In this document: piece by piece, positions 41,423 to 54,767 of the stretch
Position numbering within the stretch: position 1 is the first letter of the stretch
Layout: each line of letters opens with the position of its first letter
Source: Neovahlkampfia damariscottae
Lineage: Eukaryota
Assembly: GCA_016618085.1 (NCBI GenBank)
Contig: JABLTG010000018.1
Coordinates: 62,001 to 126,000 of the forward strand
DNA length: 64,000 nucleotides
Reading direction: 5' to 3'
Notes under the pieces: model-generated
Seen by the model: the letters and a program-made list of their open reading frames with translations, nothing else
Told to the model about the DNA's origin: nothing
Databases searched by the model: none
Program-made: the position numbers and the translations under genes

Positions 41423-42820
41423 ATGTCTGCAGGTCAATTGATTCAATTATACAAAGAAGTTGCCAAAAATCTTGATTCAATTAAAAAGAAAAAAGGAACA
41501 ATAACTTCACTTTCTCTTGAAAGAAATAAAAAACAAAAATCTGCAAATTTTGCTTTGACCACAGAAACTTTGAAATGTAAAAAAAAAATACTCAATCTTA
41601 CAATTTTTTTAGATGAGACAATAATTGATCAAATGATTTTAGAATCCAAATTTTTTAAACAAAATCCAAAATTCAAATCACAAAAGTCTTTGGTTCAAGT
41701 CTCCATTTATGACTTATTTTTTGGAAAAAAAGATTCAAAAGATATTTTAAAACTTTATGATAATATTAAACATCCATTATATTCAGTTTTAAAATCATAT
41801 TACAGTGAATTGAATTCATGTCTAGTTATGATAAAAATTGAAAAAAAAGTTTCAAAAAATGAAGAATTAATACCACAAACAAATCAACAAAATGAGAAAA
41901 TATTACCAAGATATATTCGTGTAAATTTGAAAAATTCATCACAAAAAGAAGTCATTTCTATACTTGAATCAGAAGGTTTTGAACAAAGCAATGAAATTGA
42001 TGTTGATAAAAAATTTATAATTATTGATGAACACATTCCGAACTTATTGATCATTCCTGGGGATTTTAAATTATTTGATCATCCTTTAGTAACACAAGGT
42101 AAAGTTGTGATACAAGATAAAGCATCATGTTTTCCTTCATTTGCTTTAATGGATACATTAAAATCATTAAATGTTCAAGGAGATTTGATTGATGCATGCG
42201 CTGCTCCTGGTAATAAAACAAGTCATATAGCTGATTTAAATTCTAAGAAACATAAAGTTTTTGCATTTGATAAAAATCAAAGAAGATTAGGAACTTTAAG
42301 AAATTTGATTAAAAAATGCAATTTAAAAGTTGATTCAAAAAATGAAGATTTTCTAACTATTGATCCAAGTAAATATCCAAATGTTGTTGGAATTATAGTT
42401 GATCCAAGTTGTTCTGGATCTGGAATTCATCAAGAAAAAACAAAAGAATCAGAGTTAAAAGAGAGATTGAAGAAATTAAGTTCAATTCAAACAAGATTAG
42501 TTGAACATGCATTCAAATTTCCAAATGTAAAAGTTGTTGTTTATTCAACTTGTTCAGTTTATAATGAAGAAAATGAACAAGTTGTGATGAATCTTTTAAG
42601 TGCAAATGAATCATTCAAATTACGTGAAAATGTTTTATCAAATTGGAAGACAAGAGGAAAAGAAGATGAGTTTCCAAATCTTGGAAAATTTTGTTTAAGG
42701 GCATATCCAGAAGAGGATTTAACAAGAAATGGTTTTTTTGTTGCTGTTTTTGAAAAAACGAAAAAAAGAAAAAATCAAGATGAATTGTCAGAAGTTGAAA
42801 CAAAAAAAAAGAAAAAATAA
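41423..42820 (+). CDS. NSUN5: 28S/25S rRNA m5C methyltransferase NSUN5/Rcm1
   Basis: LPRYIRVN, QDKASCFP, DACAAPGNKTSH, DPSCSGSG, YSTCSV..EENE, NGFFVA. Confidence 0.93.
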   Translation: MSAGQLIQLYKEVAKNLDSIKKKKGTITSLSLERNKKQKSANFALTTETLKCKKKILNLTIFLDETIIDQMILESKFFKQNPKFKSQKSLVQVSIYDLFFGKKDSKDILKLYDNIKHPLYSVLKSYYSELNSCLVMIKIEKKVSKNEELIPQTNQQNEKILPRYIRVNLKNSSQKEVISILESEGFEQSNEIDVDKKFIIIDEHIPNLLIIPGDFKLFDHPLVTQGKVVIQDKASCFPSFALMDTLKSLNVQGDLIDACAAPGNKTSHIADLNSKKHKVFAFDKNQRRLGTLRNLIKKCNLKVDSKNEDFLTIDPSKYPNVVGIIVDPSCSGSGIHQEKTKESELKERLKKLSSIQTRLVEHAFKFPNVKVVVYSTCSVYNEENEQVVMNLLSANESFKLRENVLSNWKTRGKEDEFPNLGKFCLRAYPEEDLTRNGFFVAVFEKTKKRKNQDELSEVETKKKKK

Positions 42821-43496
42821 AAAATAAAAAATAATTTTTAAAGATAGTGCAAAGAAAACTATGAATGTCGATTTTCAACCAATATCATTCCAATTCATTT
42901 TCACTCCAAAAATGGATGAAGAACAACTGTCGTCTTTTACATCAAAAAACTGAAAGATTAAAGAAAGTCCCAAAATCAAACTTTATAAAGAAAATCACCA
43001 AACTATACCAAAATGGATCTCACCAAAAGAATTTCAAAGTTTGACAAAGTTATCTACTGCTCTTTCAAAATGAAAAATTATCAAAACAAGTATTCTCACA
43101 AAAATGTTCAGTTCTCAATTTGTCCAGAAACATGCAACTTTCGAGTATCACAAAGACTTGAAAGATATGAATTATGAAAGTGAAATAACGAAATATGATG
43201 CTACAAAACAAGTATATAAATAAAAACACCACCTTCTTCATCTGGAGACACAACAAATGAAATAGATAATTTTGTTGATGGATTGCAAGAAATTGATTCA
43301 ATAAATTCTGAATCTAATGTTCTCTGTGATACATCAAAAGAAGTTTTAAATGATATATTCATTAATTTTGATGAAATAAATTCAACAACACTCTGTTGTC
43401 ATCAACCTTCAAAAATACCAAAACAAATAGGAAAAGATTTCGAGGAAAAATTGAATTAAAATACTCAATTTCTGTTCACATTGTAAAATAAAATTT

Positions 43497-44452
43497 TTAT
43501 TCAGATTCTTGTGGAAAGAAGACTGATATTGTATTTTGATAAATTTGTTTTCCTAATTCTTCAATATTTTCTTCACGGCAATTTGAAATAACTTCAAGAA
43601 CATTAATCAATGCATTTGGTTCATTTCTTCCTTTTACTCTCAAATTTTTCTCAAATTTCTTCGGATCTTTCTCTTTTTCTAATTTAGTTTTGACCAATGA
43701 GGAGCTAGCATGTGAAGGTCTTATTTGACAATATGGACAATCAGTTTCAATCATTAGTTTTTCTTTTGGAATTAAAGACATGACATTTAAGTTTTCTTCT
43801 GTTTTTAAGCTACATCCATTGATTCCAATGAATAAATTATCAAATTCTAAAATTGCTTTTAAATCATTTTCTGAACCATCAAATGAATGAACAACACCTT
43901 TTGAAAATTTGTTTTTGTTTTGTTTTAATATTGAAACTAAATCTAAAGTTGAATTTCTATTATGCAAAAACAATGGTAGTTTAGTTTGATTCGCTAATTC
44001 AAATTGAAGATCAAAATACTTCAACTGTGTTTCTTTTTCACAAAATTGAAGACGGTCATAATCTAAACCTATTTCTCCAATAGCTACTACTTTTTTATTT
44101 TTCATTCCAATTTCGCATTGTTTTAGTAATTTACTTAAATGTTCTTTTGGATTTTCTTTAAATTCATCACAACGAGTTGGATGAACTCCTACAGTAGTAT
44201 ATAAATTTTCTGTATTATTTTTAAAAAATAATGACTTATATTACCATATTTTTCTGTCAATTCAAGTGAATTTTTTGACTCTTCTAAAGATCCAGCAGTA
44301 ACAATAATTTTTTGTACACCTCGAGAAAAAGACCTTTTTAGCATTAAATCAAAGTCAGAATCATGATATTTCTTTTCTCTATATACTCCTTGAAACATTG
44401 GATCCGTTAAATTTGCTCCAATATCAATCAGTTTATGAGATACATTCTTCAT
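43497..44452 (-). CDS. TATDN1: TatD DNase (TATDN1)
   Basis: DIGANLTDPMFQG, GVHPTRC, AIGEIGLDYDR, LFLHNR, HSFDG, ETDCPYC, RNEP; one intron. Confidence 0.93.
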
Positions 44453-44501
44453 CTTTTATTGTGTGGAAAATTGCAACGATTTTAATTGGACAAATAGTTT
44501 T

Positions 44502-45002
44502 TTATTCATATTCATATTCTAAGGATCTAGTAGCATATGACTCTCCTCCAGTTTGGTACCCAGGAGCTCCACAAGTTCCTCCTCTTAAATGATTTCTCAA
44601 AGTAACTCCATAGTCATATGTGGCTTCATTTCCCAATAACGGTTTAACTAAAGATTGACATGAGCATTGTTGAGCACTTAATCCTTCACAAAGTGATCTG
44701 TGATAAAATTAGAATCGAAAATGAACTAGTTACTTCAAAAAGAAAAAAACTGAGTGAGGTACAGATACTTCATGAACTAATACTTGACAATCAGGTTCAT
44801 TACAAACGCTACAAGCTAATGTGGTATCTACATTTTTGAGAATAGCTCTTAAAGATAAAGAGTTTTGTTGTTCTGGGAGTTGTGTGTTTGTAACTGGAAG
44901 TGAAATCAAAGTTGAACCTGAACAACTACCACTCGTTGTTGAAACAACAATTTTGAAGAGACAAATTGCAAAGACAAACAGAAAGACAATAACTTTGGTC
45001 AT
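44502..45002 (-). CDS. Small secreted Cys-rich protein, two exons
   Basis: Signal peptide; intron about 44733-44698 joins to SLCEGLSAQQCSCQ...RSLEYEYE. Confidence 0.6.
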
Positions 45003-45162
45003 TATTTCCTATTGGTCAAAATTATATTGATTGGACGTTTTATTGGGTGATGATTGCTATAGTTTTTTTTTTCAAAGAAACAATTTTCCTCAAAATTGGT
45101 GTCAAATTAGGTTTGGACCAATCATCTACTTTTAGTTCTCCCAAAACCAAAAAATTACAAAG

Positions 45163-46619
45163 ATGGAGGCTTTCCAAAAAAGTTACAAATTAATTTTCGA
45201 AAACCGTTTTATTGGACTCTTCACATCATCCATAATGATGCTTACAGCAGGAACTGTTTATATTTTTCCTGTCATTTCTGTTGATTTAAGAAATATACTT
45301 GGTTTTAGTTTAGTTGAAGCAAATGTCTTATTTTCTCTTTCACTTTTTGGAGCGTAAATTAAAAAAAAATATTAAAAAAAACAATTTTAGATTCGTTGGA
45401 ATACCCACTGGAATCTTTTATGATTATTTTGGAACAAGATTCACTTGTTTGTTGGTAAACCAAAAAAAACAAAGAAATTGACAACACAAGGCAGGTGTTC
45501 TTACTTTCATGTCTTACACATTAATTCAACTCACTGTTCGTGGTTACTTGTATCATCATCCTGCTCTTTTTGCATTCTATTATTTAATGGTTGGATTTGG
45601 AAGTGCTGCTCAAAATATTGTTGGAACAGGTACTAATAGCAAGAATTTTTCACCTCAGAGGAAAGGATTGGTTCTTGCCATTGTTTTATTATTCTTTGGA
45701 TTAAGTGGAGCTGTTTTGTCACCAATTTACAATTTATTTGAAGGACCTTCAAAACTTGCGAATTATTATACATTTTTCAGTATCATTGGATTGACATTAT
45801 CTTTAATTAATGCTATATTTCACACTGAAGTAAATTGGAAAGAAACAGACGAATCAAAAGTGTCTGCTGAGCAAGAAAGCATAAATTCCGAGCAATCAGA
45901 TACACATGCAACTTTTGACAAAATTTTAGATGAGAAGATACCTGATACTTCAACATTCGGTATGTTTTTGACTTTGAGATTCTATCTCATTGTTTTAACA
46001 TGGGGTATAGCATCAGGATCTGGTTTAATGTTTATCAATAACTTGGGAGAAATAATAGTTTCTGTAAATGGTCCAGAAGGAGCTGCTACTTATATGGTTC
46101 CTTTGGCATTGCTAGGAAATTGCACTGGAAGAATATTTGGTGGTATAACCATTGATTTCTTTGGAAAATGGATCACTCGACCTTATTTCATGTTATTTTG
46201 TTGTTTAGGAGCATCATTAACATCTTTATTCAGTGCATTTGCAAATTTTGAAATGCTGTTTTTTTGCACAATTCTTCAAGGCTTTTTCTTGGGACTTTCC
46301 ATGTTAGTTGGAGTTGCTTTACCAATGGATATGTTTGGTCCAAGTAATTCAAATACTTTTTCTAACATTTGAAGCTTATTATGGCACGAATTATACCAGT
46401 TGTTTGGTGGGTCCAGCTGCTGCAAATTTTCTATTTTCAACTATCAAATTTAGTTTAATTTATAATTCAAATATTTTACCAGGTGATTTTAAATGTTATT
46501 CAGGACACACTTGCTTCATGTGGAGTTTTATTGTGGTTTCAATTCTCTGTCTTTTTGGAGCAATTCTATCATTAATTATGGCTTTGACAACAAAACGTCA
46601 CTACAAAACCCAAAATTAA
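45163..46619 (+). CDS. Nodulin-like/MCH1-type MFS transporter
   Basis: AGTVYIF, GIFYDYFG, KNFSPQRKG..FGLSGA, GLMFINNLG, NCTGRIFGG; introns. Confidence 0.85.
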
Positions 46620-46799
46620 ACCAACCATACAACAATTTTATTTATTTACAACTACTTTGAACAAAGTACATCTTTTCTGTGATTTAGGTTGGTCCAACGA
46701 AAATATTTTTAAGTGATATTTGTATGGACCACAGAATTAATTCTGGGTCGGAGAATTAGTTTTATACAAATATAATCAAAATGACTCAAAATACAAATT

Positions 46800-47706
46800 T
46801 TATTTTTCTTTTTCTTTTCGTTTTGCAGTACAATCTGGACAAAACCAAATTCCCTCCGGTTCTTGAGTTAAACCTACACAATTGAAATGAAACCATTCTC
46901 TTTCACAATCATCATCATCACAACAAACCATTTGACCATGTGATACTTGTCTACAATAACAATACCTTGGTTCATTTGGATCAATTGGCATATCTAAATA
47001 AAAGAGAATTAAAAAAATTTGATTTTTTTACCTGTTTCAACTGAAGAAGAAACAACTTTTGTATTTAAAGTTCCTTTTGATGATGACGTTGTACTACTTT
47101 GAGGTCTTGGATGTTTTGGAGGATGTCTTTTTCTTTTCTTTTTTTCTCCTCCTGTATGAGGTGTTTTTGAAGTTGTACTTCCACCATGATGTTCTGAAGT
47201 TGATCTTTCTCTTTTCTTTTTTTTGACAACAGGTGTAGCAATTTTTGGACTTTCAATAGTTATAGAAGCGGAGTGTTTTATTTCAAGTTGTTTTCCTTTT
47301 TTTTCTTGTTCTTCATTTAATAAATTTGTGAATTTTTGAAGGTCATCATCTAATAATCTAATAGCTTTGTCAAGAGTTTCATAAGATTGAGTTGCGAGTT
47401 GTATTTTTTCGTCAGAAAGTTCCACTACTTTTTGGAAATTTTCTTCAAAAACTTTTTCGTTTAATTCTCCGTTTTGAATTAATTTTCCAGTACTTTTGAT
47501 GATAATTTAAAAAAAAAAAGGAGTTTTACTTGTTGGTGATGTCTTTTTTTTAAAAAAAAAACGAAAATAAAATTACCTTGTACTTTTTCGTCTAATTCTC
47601 TCAATACAGTCATATTTTTGTACAAATCATCTGGTAATGTTGTAGAGTTTTCTATAAACTGTTCTAGAATTGAATTTGATTTTTTGAAAACAGAGTGCAA
47701 CATCAA
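46800..47706 (-). CDS. ING family PHD-finger protein (5' end uncertain)
   Basis: LPDDL....[36 protein letters not shown]...[10 protein letters not shown]...WFCPDC. Confidence 0.9.
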
Positions 47707-47864
47707 ACAAAATTCGTTAAAAATTTATCCAATAGTTTTTTTGACAGAAAATTGAATTTGACAAATTCAAGTCAATTTGAAATTTGTGATTAAAAACGAA
47801 CAAATTGAAAAAATGATTATTCCACTAAAAATTGAACCAATCATCAACATTCAATAGATCAAAG

Positions 47865-48722
47865 ATGAAAAGAACAGTTCTGTTTATAGTTCTTGTTGTT
47901 TTGTTAATTCAGAACATCTCAGCACAAGAAAAAACAGAAATAAAATTGAAACCTTTATTTCCAGAACAAATCATCAAGCCACGTGTCAAAGAAACAAAAC
48001 TCAAAAAGGAAAAGGTGAATATAATAGACCTTCCAAATGACATTTTAAAAGATTTTGATAATGAGTTTATAAAAGCTGAAGAAAAACAAGAACCAAAAAT
48101 TTATCAAGTCGAAAAGGAAACAACTTTCAATTATAGAAAACAGGAAAACAAAGAAAAACAAAAAACAAAAGAAACATGGATGACATCATTTCAAAGCAAG
48201 TTGTATACTTTGAGAGATACAATTACTCATAAACTTTCTGTAGATAAAACAAATACAAAAAGAACAATCAAAGGAATTATTAATCGAGTTAGAACTGCTT
48301 ACAGTAATGCTAATGTAAAATTCCATCTTCAAAAGAAGCAAATTTCAAGAAAAATGAAAATTTTTGCTGAAAATTTTAAAAAATTATTTGAAAAAGAACC
48401 TAGCATAAAATTAGATTTAAATGAAAATGAAAATGAAATTATAGTCATTGTTAATGCTCCTGGTGTTGATAAACAAGATATCAAAATCATTGTTGAAAAT
48501 AAAAATGAAAAGAATTTCTTAGTGATTTCAGGTAAATACCCAAAAGATGTTCAAGTTGGGTTAAAAAAAATACAAGAAAGAAAGTATGGTACTTTTAAGA
48601 GATCTTTAGAAATTAAATCAAAAATAAATGAAGAAGGTATAATTGCTTCTTTGGATAAAGGTATTTTGATGATTCAAATTTCGAAAAAAAAAAATGAAAA
48701 ATTTAATGTAAAAATAAACTGA
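47865..48722 (+). CDS. Signal-peptide-bearing small heat-shock (HSP20/alpha-crystallin) protein
   Basis: APGVDKQDI, ISG, ERKYGTFKRS, LDKGILMIQISK. Confidence 0.8.
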   Translation: MKRTVLFIVLVVLLIQNISAQEKTEIKLKPLFPEQIIKPRVKETKLKKEKVNIIDLPNDILKDFDNEFIKAEEKQEPKIYQVEKETTFNYRKQENKEKQKTKETWMTSFQSKLYTLRDTITHKLSVDKTNTKRTIKGIINRVRTAYSNANVKFHLQKKQISRKMKIFAENFKKLFEKEPSIKLDLNENENEIIVIVNAPGVDKQDIKIIVENKNEKNFLVISGKYPKDVQVGLKKIQERKYGTFKRSLEIKSKINEEGIIASLDKGILMIQISKKKNEKFNVKIN

Positions 48723-48730
48723 AATTTTGA

Positions 48731-49496
48731 TTATTTCTTCCAAAAGTATGGATTCATTTGTATTTTTTGATATGTTTTCTTCAACCATTTTTCAATAATA
48801 TCTGTCGGCATTATTAAAACTTCTTGATTATTATGTTGCACAGGTTTTACAAATGATTCAATGAAATGAAATAAATCTCTATTGAATTTCTTAGAATATA
48901 TATCATTGTTTTTTTACCCTGCTAAACTTTTTGCTATTGTTGCACTTTGATTTGAAGTGGTTTCTTGTACTCGTTTTTCGGAACTTACGTTATTTTATTT
49001 TTATTTTATTTTACCCTTGCAGATTCTTCAAGGTAAATTCATTTTCTAAAGATAATCCTAAATATAAAGTATTCTTTTCCTTTGAAACACTTATTTGTCC
49101 AAACTTATCAACTGTTGTTTTGGAAACATTCTCAAATGTTTGAGGAACATGTAAAAAAACGCTTTGTTTATCATTAAATATTGAATCTAAATATTCCCTT
49201 TTAAAATTAATTCTCCAGCAAATATTCGAACCAACTAAAAAAAAATAAAAAAATTTTTCGTTTTTTTTTTACTTCATTGTATTATCACAAAGATAAATTC
49301 CAATTCCAAATCCTAATTTTTAGTTTTTTTTTTGAAAAAAATAACCTTCTGGTATCAATGGAGTGTTGGGTAATTTAAAAATACAAAGCTCTAAAATTGG
49401 TATTGTATTGTCAACAGTTTTGACCCACCTTGTGTTTGAAACCTGTTGGAAATCTGATTGTACAGGTTTTGAAGGTATAACAACACCAAATCCCAT
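48731..49496 (-). CDS. Hikeshi/OPI10-like Hsp70 nuclear import carrier
   Basis: MGFGVVIP..PVQ.DFQQV, spliced NWEYLDSIFNDKQS, YLGLSLE, C-terminal KIQMNPYFWKK; includes a 3-nt exon. Confidence 0.8.
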
Positions 49497-49534
49497 TGGA
49501 ACAAAAATTTGATTGGATAAAAAAAAAATTTTTT

Positions 49535-50485
49535 TTAATCATTTTTCACTTTTACAAATTTTTCCACATGAATTTTTACATTTGGAGGAAGTTTATCAAT
49601 TATTTTCACACTTTGTTCTTTTAATTTTATTGTCATCTTTTCAAAAAGATCATCAATTTCTTGTTGTTTCATTTCATAAATTTTTGGAATTGTAAAACTA
49701 TAAAGAAATACCATATATAAAAGAGTCACTCCAGAGATTCTATTTCCAAGAAAACATATCAATTGTAACAATCCAAAGAATTTCAATGTTTTTGGTAAAT
49801 CAACTAATAATAAAATTTGATTATAAGAATGAAGTGTATTGTTGAATCTACGTATGAATTTTTTGATAATTGGAATTATAAATTCTTCAGATAATTTAAA
49901 TGTAGAATTTAATTGTTCTGATGCTTCATCATGTGCTTCTTGTCCTTTATAATGTCTATAACCAAATAAAAGTAAAATAAAAACTAAAATTTGACCCATC
50001 ATTATTCTTCCAATTAAAGTTGTAACAGAATAATCATATTTGGTTAAAAGTGCATATACTGCATGTCCAGCTACAAATAAAAAAAGTGATAAGTATACAT
50101 TTCTCCATAAAAATAAATCTTGCATTGAAAGTTCGTTTATGGGTTTTTGTTTGGACATATCGAAAGAAAATCCAGTAAAAGGTTCTTCTTCTGATTGATT
50201 TTCTTCTGATTGATCCTCAACAACTTTTTTTAATTCTACACTTTTTAAAGAACCTTCAACTTCTTTTTCATCGATTTTATCTACAACATCTTTTGTTTTT
50301 GAATTTGGTTCTATGTTTTCATCTTGTTTCGTTTCTTCTTCTTCTTCTTTTTTGGTTTCTGGTGCTGAAGGAATGATTTCTTCTGTTTGTGGTTCTTCAA
50401 ATGTATTTTCCGGTTCATTTGATATTTCTATTTCTTCTTCATTAACTGGGGCTGTTGGTGTTTGTTCTACAACTTCTTCTTCCAT
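49535..50485 (-). CDS. Reticulon domain protein
   Basis: DLFLWRN, two long hydrophobic segments, FTIPKIYE..QQEID. Confidence 0.85.
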   Translation of the reverse strand: MEEEVVEQTPTAPVNEEEIEISNEPENTFEEPQTEEIIPSAPETKKEEEEETKQDENIEPNSKTKDVVDKIDEKEVEGSLKSVELKKVVEDQSEENQSEEEPFTGFSFDMSKQKPINELSMQDLFLWRNVYLSLFLFVAGHAVYALLTKYDYSVTTLIGRIMMGQILVFILLLFGYRHYKGQEAHDEASEQLNSTFKLSEEFIIPIIKKFIRRFNNTLHSYNQILLLVDLPKTLKFFGLLQLICFLGNRISGVTLLYMVFLYSFTIPKIYEMKQQEIDDLFEKMTIKLKEQSVKIIDKLPPNVKIHVEKFVKVKND

Positions 50486-50644
50486 CTGGGTTTTGTTTGA
50501 TCTTCAGAAAAGAAATGATTGGACAACAATCTCCGAGAATTTATTGGATATCAAAAATTTTTTTCAAGCAGAGACAAATATTCAAATTTGGAATTTAAAT
50601 AGTAAAAAAAAAATAAAATGATTTTATTGGTTCGGGCAATTAAC

Positions 50645-52060
50645 ATGAGTTTCATGTTTGATGTAACAAAATGGTAAAATCAAAAACAAATATAACAACC
50701 TGTAGGTTTAAAGGGTTAGTGACTGATTCAGACAAAACAAAACATCCTTCAAGTTTCACTTTCGAAACGAATCCTTTCACTGAATTATCCATTCTAAACG
50801 GACACAAAGATACTATCAAAAATTTACTGCTGTTAGATGAAAATCGAATAATATCATCTAGTGATGATCATGATATAATTTTATGGGAAACAGTTCATGG
50901 TCAAATTATCAAAACATTTTCAGGACATAAAGGTTCAGTTCGGACTATTTTGATTTTAGATAAAGAATTTATGGCAACAGGTTCTGTTGATAAAACTATA
51001 AAAATTTGGAATTTTATGGATGGAAGTTGTATAAAAACATTAACAGAACATAAACACACAATCTTTTGTCTTGCAAAAATAAATTCAAAAATTTTTTGTT
51101 CAGGAGGATCAGATGAACTTTGTTTTTGGACATTTGAAGGTGATTTATTAAAGAAAATAAAAAGAGAAGGAGAAGAAAGTAAAAAAAAAAAACTAACTGA
51201 CTTTATCCTTCAGACTTAATAGGATTTTTATCTTTACCAAATAATCGTTTATTAGTTGCTTCAAATGATACTAAATTATGTAAATTTTTTTATTGAACTC
51301 AAATCTCTTAAAGTTGTTTATGACTCAAAAAATTTTATTTTTTTGAACATCACATTGATTGAACATGTCAGTCCAATTCAAATAATAAAAAAAATAAATG
51401 GTAAATATCCATTTAAATTCTATTAAATTTTTCAAAGAGGAGATGTTTTTGACAGGTTCAAGTGATGGAAAATTAGTTATTTGGAATAGTCAAACTTTAA
51501 AGAAAATATCAACAGTTGAATTGAAACAAGAAGATTGGAAATATACAACAGGTAAAGAAATACCTTTAAGAATGAAAAATATCATCATTGTAAAATCATT
51601 TTTAATCATTGGTGTAAATTATGGTTTCATTGTAATCAATTTTGAAACTGGTGAAACCATTTTTAAAAAAAAACAAGCACATCAGGGAATGATCAATGAT
51701 TTGATAACACTTCACAATGAAGATGTATTAGTAACATGTTCTGATGATTCAAGTATCATGTTTTGGAATCTATTGGACACAAAATCAAATGAACCAATGA
51801 TGATTGGACAAGTTGAATTCCATAAAAGTTGTGTGAGTAAATTATCAAAAATATCAGAATTTTGTTTTTGTTCAACAAGTACAACAGAAAAATTCATTTT
51901 ATTATGGAAGGATACTCGAATGGAATCATTAAAGAGATCATTTTACTCAAACAAATATTCATTGATGGCTCCAAAATATAAAGAATACAAGAGTGACAGT
52001 ATGACTGAATTATCTGCTATAACAGATGATGCATTTGATGATGATAATATTTTAATGTAA
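50645..52060 (+). CDS. WD40-repeat protein (WDR41-like)
   Basis: GH...SSSDD.DIILWE, GH..SVR..ATGSVDKTIKIW repeats; NPFTEL..L.GH.D. Confidence 0.8.
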
Positions 52061-52067
52061 TATTTTT

Positions 52068-53882
52068 TTATTGTATATTTTCCATGTCATCATCTTCTTG
52101 ATATCTTGATCCCAATAATTTATCCATGATTTGTTCCATTTGAACTTCATTTTTTGTTTTCCAACGTGGAATAAAGATTGCAATACAACTTGCAACAAAT
52201 CCAAGAGCTGCAAAAACTAATATTGCATAATTCACAAAATAACGATAAAAGTATTCTAAAATGAATAAATTTTTGATGACTGATCGATACATTACATCAA
52301 GTGATGATGTTGAAATATATTGACTAAAAGCATCTGCAACAAATTGTGTTACTGTCAAAGATGATAATAAAATCAATCCTGAATTGAATAATAAAGAGTT
52401 CATTGTAGTTTTATGTGGTCTATTTTTGTTTAAAAATATTCAAAAAAAACTTACATCATTTGATGAACAACAAAAATTGGAATAAGTTCTGAAATTCTTG
52501 TAGCTGCTGCGATTATACAAAATATCCAATAAATTGAAAAAAATGCGTATAAAAATGAACCAATAAATGGAACTTGATCAGAAAGAAAATCTGAATATTT
52601 TAAAACATAATTTAAAAATCCAAATTGAATTCCAGGAGTAGCAATAGGTAAAACTAACCATGAAAATATATGAAGTAACCAAATTAATGAAATTGGAAAT
52701 AATAAAATTCCACCAATCAATTTTAAAATTGGTAAGATAACAGAACCACCACCCAAATAAAATGATTTGTTAATAACATCCCACTCTTCTTCAATTTGTA
52801 ATGTTGATGCTTTGAAATCTTTCATTAATTGACGATACTTTGCGCCTTTGAGTGTTCCATGATCTTGTCCATCTTGAATTCTTTCTCCAAGTTCAATCAT
52901 TTTTTCAGTTTTTTCTTGAATCTTAACACGTAAAGCATGATAACTATTTAAAAAAATTCAATTTTTTTTTTTTTTTTTTTTTTTACTCATCCGCTCTTAT
53001 TCTTTTTGGTCTCTTGACAAATGCTTTAATACATTCAAGTGGAAGTGTTGTAATACCGAATCCTCCTAGAACTAAAAATACAACCCAACCAATTGTATTT
53101 ACCAAACCAATCATATAAACAACGAATTGAACTTTAAATTGATAAGTTTGACCACCTTGAGGACACTTTTGTAAATTTAAAAAAAATTGTTTTTGTTTTT
53201 ACCACTGCTCTACTTTCACATTGATAAACCATAGCTTGTTCTAAACTACTTGAATAAACAGCTGTTACATGTTTTTGAACTGGAATATTTGCATGTCCAA
53301 TTGTAAAGAAAAGAACCATAAGTATAATGAATGCAACAACGCATAAAATTGAAGTTACAATACCGCCCCACATTAATGGCCACCAAAATCTTTTAAAATT
53401 AAAAAAAAATAAAAATACGGTCTGTCATGATCTTCAGTTTCATAATAAACAATAGCAAAAGGTAAAACTAAAAATAAAAAGAGAATAACAAATCCATAAA
53501 AACACTATTTTGATTTTAAAAATAAATTTTTTTAAACTTGAAATATGATTCCTAAAGCAAAATCTATTTTCTTTTTAGTATTTAAAAAAAGAAAAACCTA
53601 ATGTGGGAGTTGCGACGAATGGTTCACCAATTTGTTCAATTCTTCGATTTGTTAAATCAATAGGTATTAATATTAATGATAATGCAGATAATGTTAACGT
53701 GAAAATCTAAATAGTTTTAAAAATATAAGGTAATTTTGTACAACTAAAATTTTAGCCAACCAAGCTCTTTTTTTATCGGCTTCTGATTGAAAATAACATA
53801 AGAATATTGTTGCACCTATTCCAAAAAAGATTGGAGTGAAGGAAAATAAAATAATGGCAACAATTGAACCAGCTTGGACCAT
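52068..53882 (-). CDS. LMBR1/LIMR-family multi-pass membrane protein
   Basis: CYFQS..D, FAIVYYE, GWVVFLVLGGFGI..LPL, TMNSLLFNSGLILLSSL.VTQF..AFSQY; many introns. Confidence 0.85.
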
Positions 53883-53963
53883 TCTAAAAAATAGAGAACA
53901 ATTATTGGTGTGAAAAAATGAAGAAATCTCATTGGATAATAATTTTTTTCTCATTGAACAACT

Positions 53964-54753
53964 ATGGCAGAAAGATTATTCGCATTTTCAAGAACATTTG
54001 GAAAAACTGGCCAAGAATTAATTTCACAATTTAAACTTCTTGAAAAAATTTCAAAATTCAAAGCAAATGGAAGATCTGATTCATTGGTCAGAGTTACTTA
54101 TAGTTTTCTTTTTTTTTTTTGAATTAATTTTTATCAAAAAAGCTGGTCTTGGTGATGTTGAAAAAATATCCATTTCAAAAGATTTAGAAGGAAATAATAA
54201 AAAAATAGCTGAACATTTAAAGTTAGCAATAAATGATGGAAGACAAAAAATACATGAAGAGAAACTTCGAGAATGGAATACTTATATGAAAGAACAAGAA
54301 GAACAAGATGAATATTTTAAAATGTTTGAAGAAAGTTTTCTTCGAGAATTTGATCCACTTTATAACCCAGATGAAACTTCATTTTCACCTGAAATTTTTG
54401 AAGATGATAAAATTAAATATTATCAAGGATTAAAAAAACAAACTGATTTAGAAAAAGTAAAACAAAAAAATTAGTTTTTTAATTTTTAGTTTATGAAAAA
54501 AAAACAAGTTCAAAATTTTATACTTGAAATGTTGTCAAAAGGAGAAGAAAGTCCAACTTATCAAAAAATGGTTGAAAATATTGCAAATATATCAAATCAA
54601 TTAAAAGGAAAAGAATTAGGTAAAACACAAGAAGAAATGTTGAACGAGTTTGCTGAAACTGGAGATATAAAATTACCACAAGATGTTGAAGCTATTTTTG
54701 CTTCAAGTGAAAAATTTTTTGAAGAAGAACAAGTAAAAGAAGAAGAAAAATAA
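53964..54753 (+). CDS. Hypothetical protein (possibly mitochondrial)
   Basis: Three coding-like exons joined by small introns; presequence-like N-terminus. Confidence 0.45.
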
Positions 54754-54767
54754 AAACGAAGTTTTTT

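Noticed and set aside
42912..43459. Coding-like fragments between NSUN5 and TatD
   Set aside because: Could not assemble a consistent spliced ORF or recognise a family.
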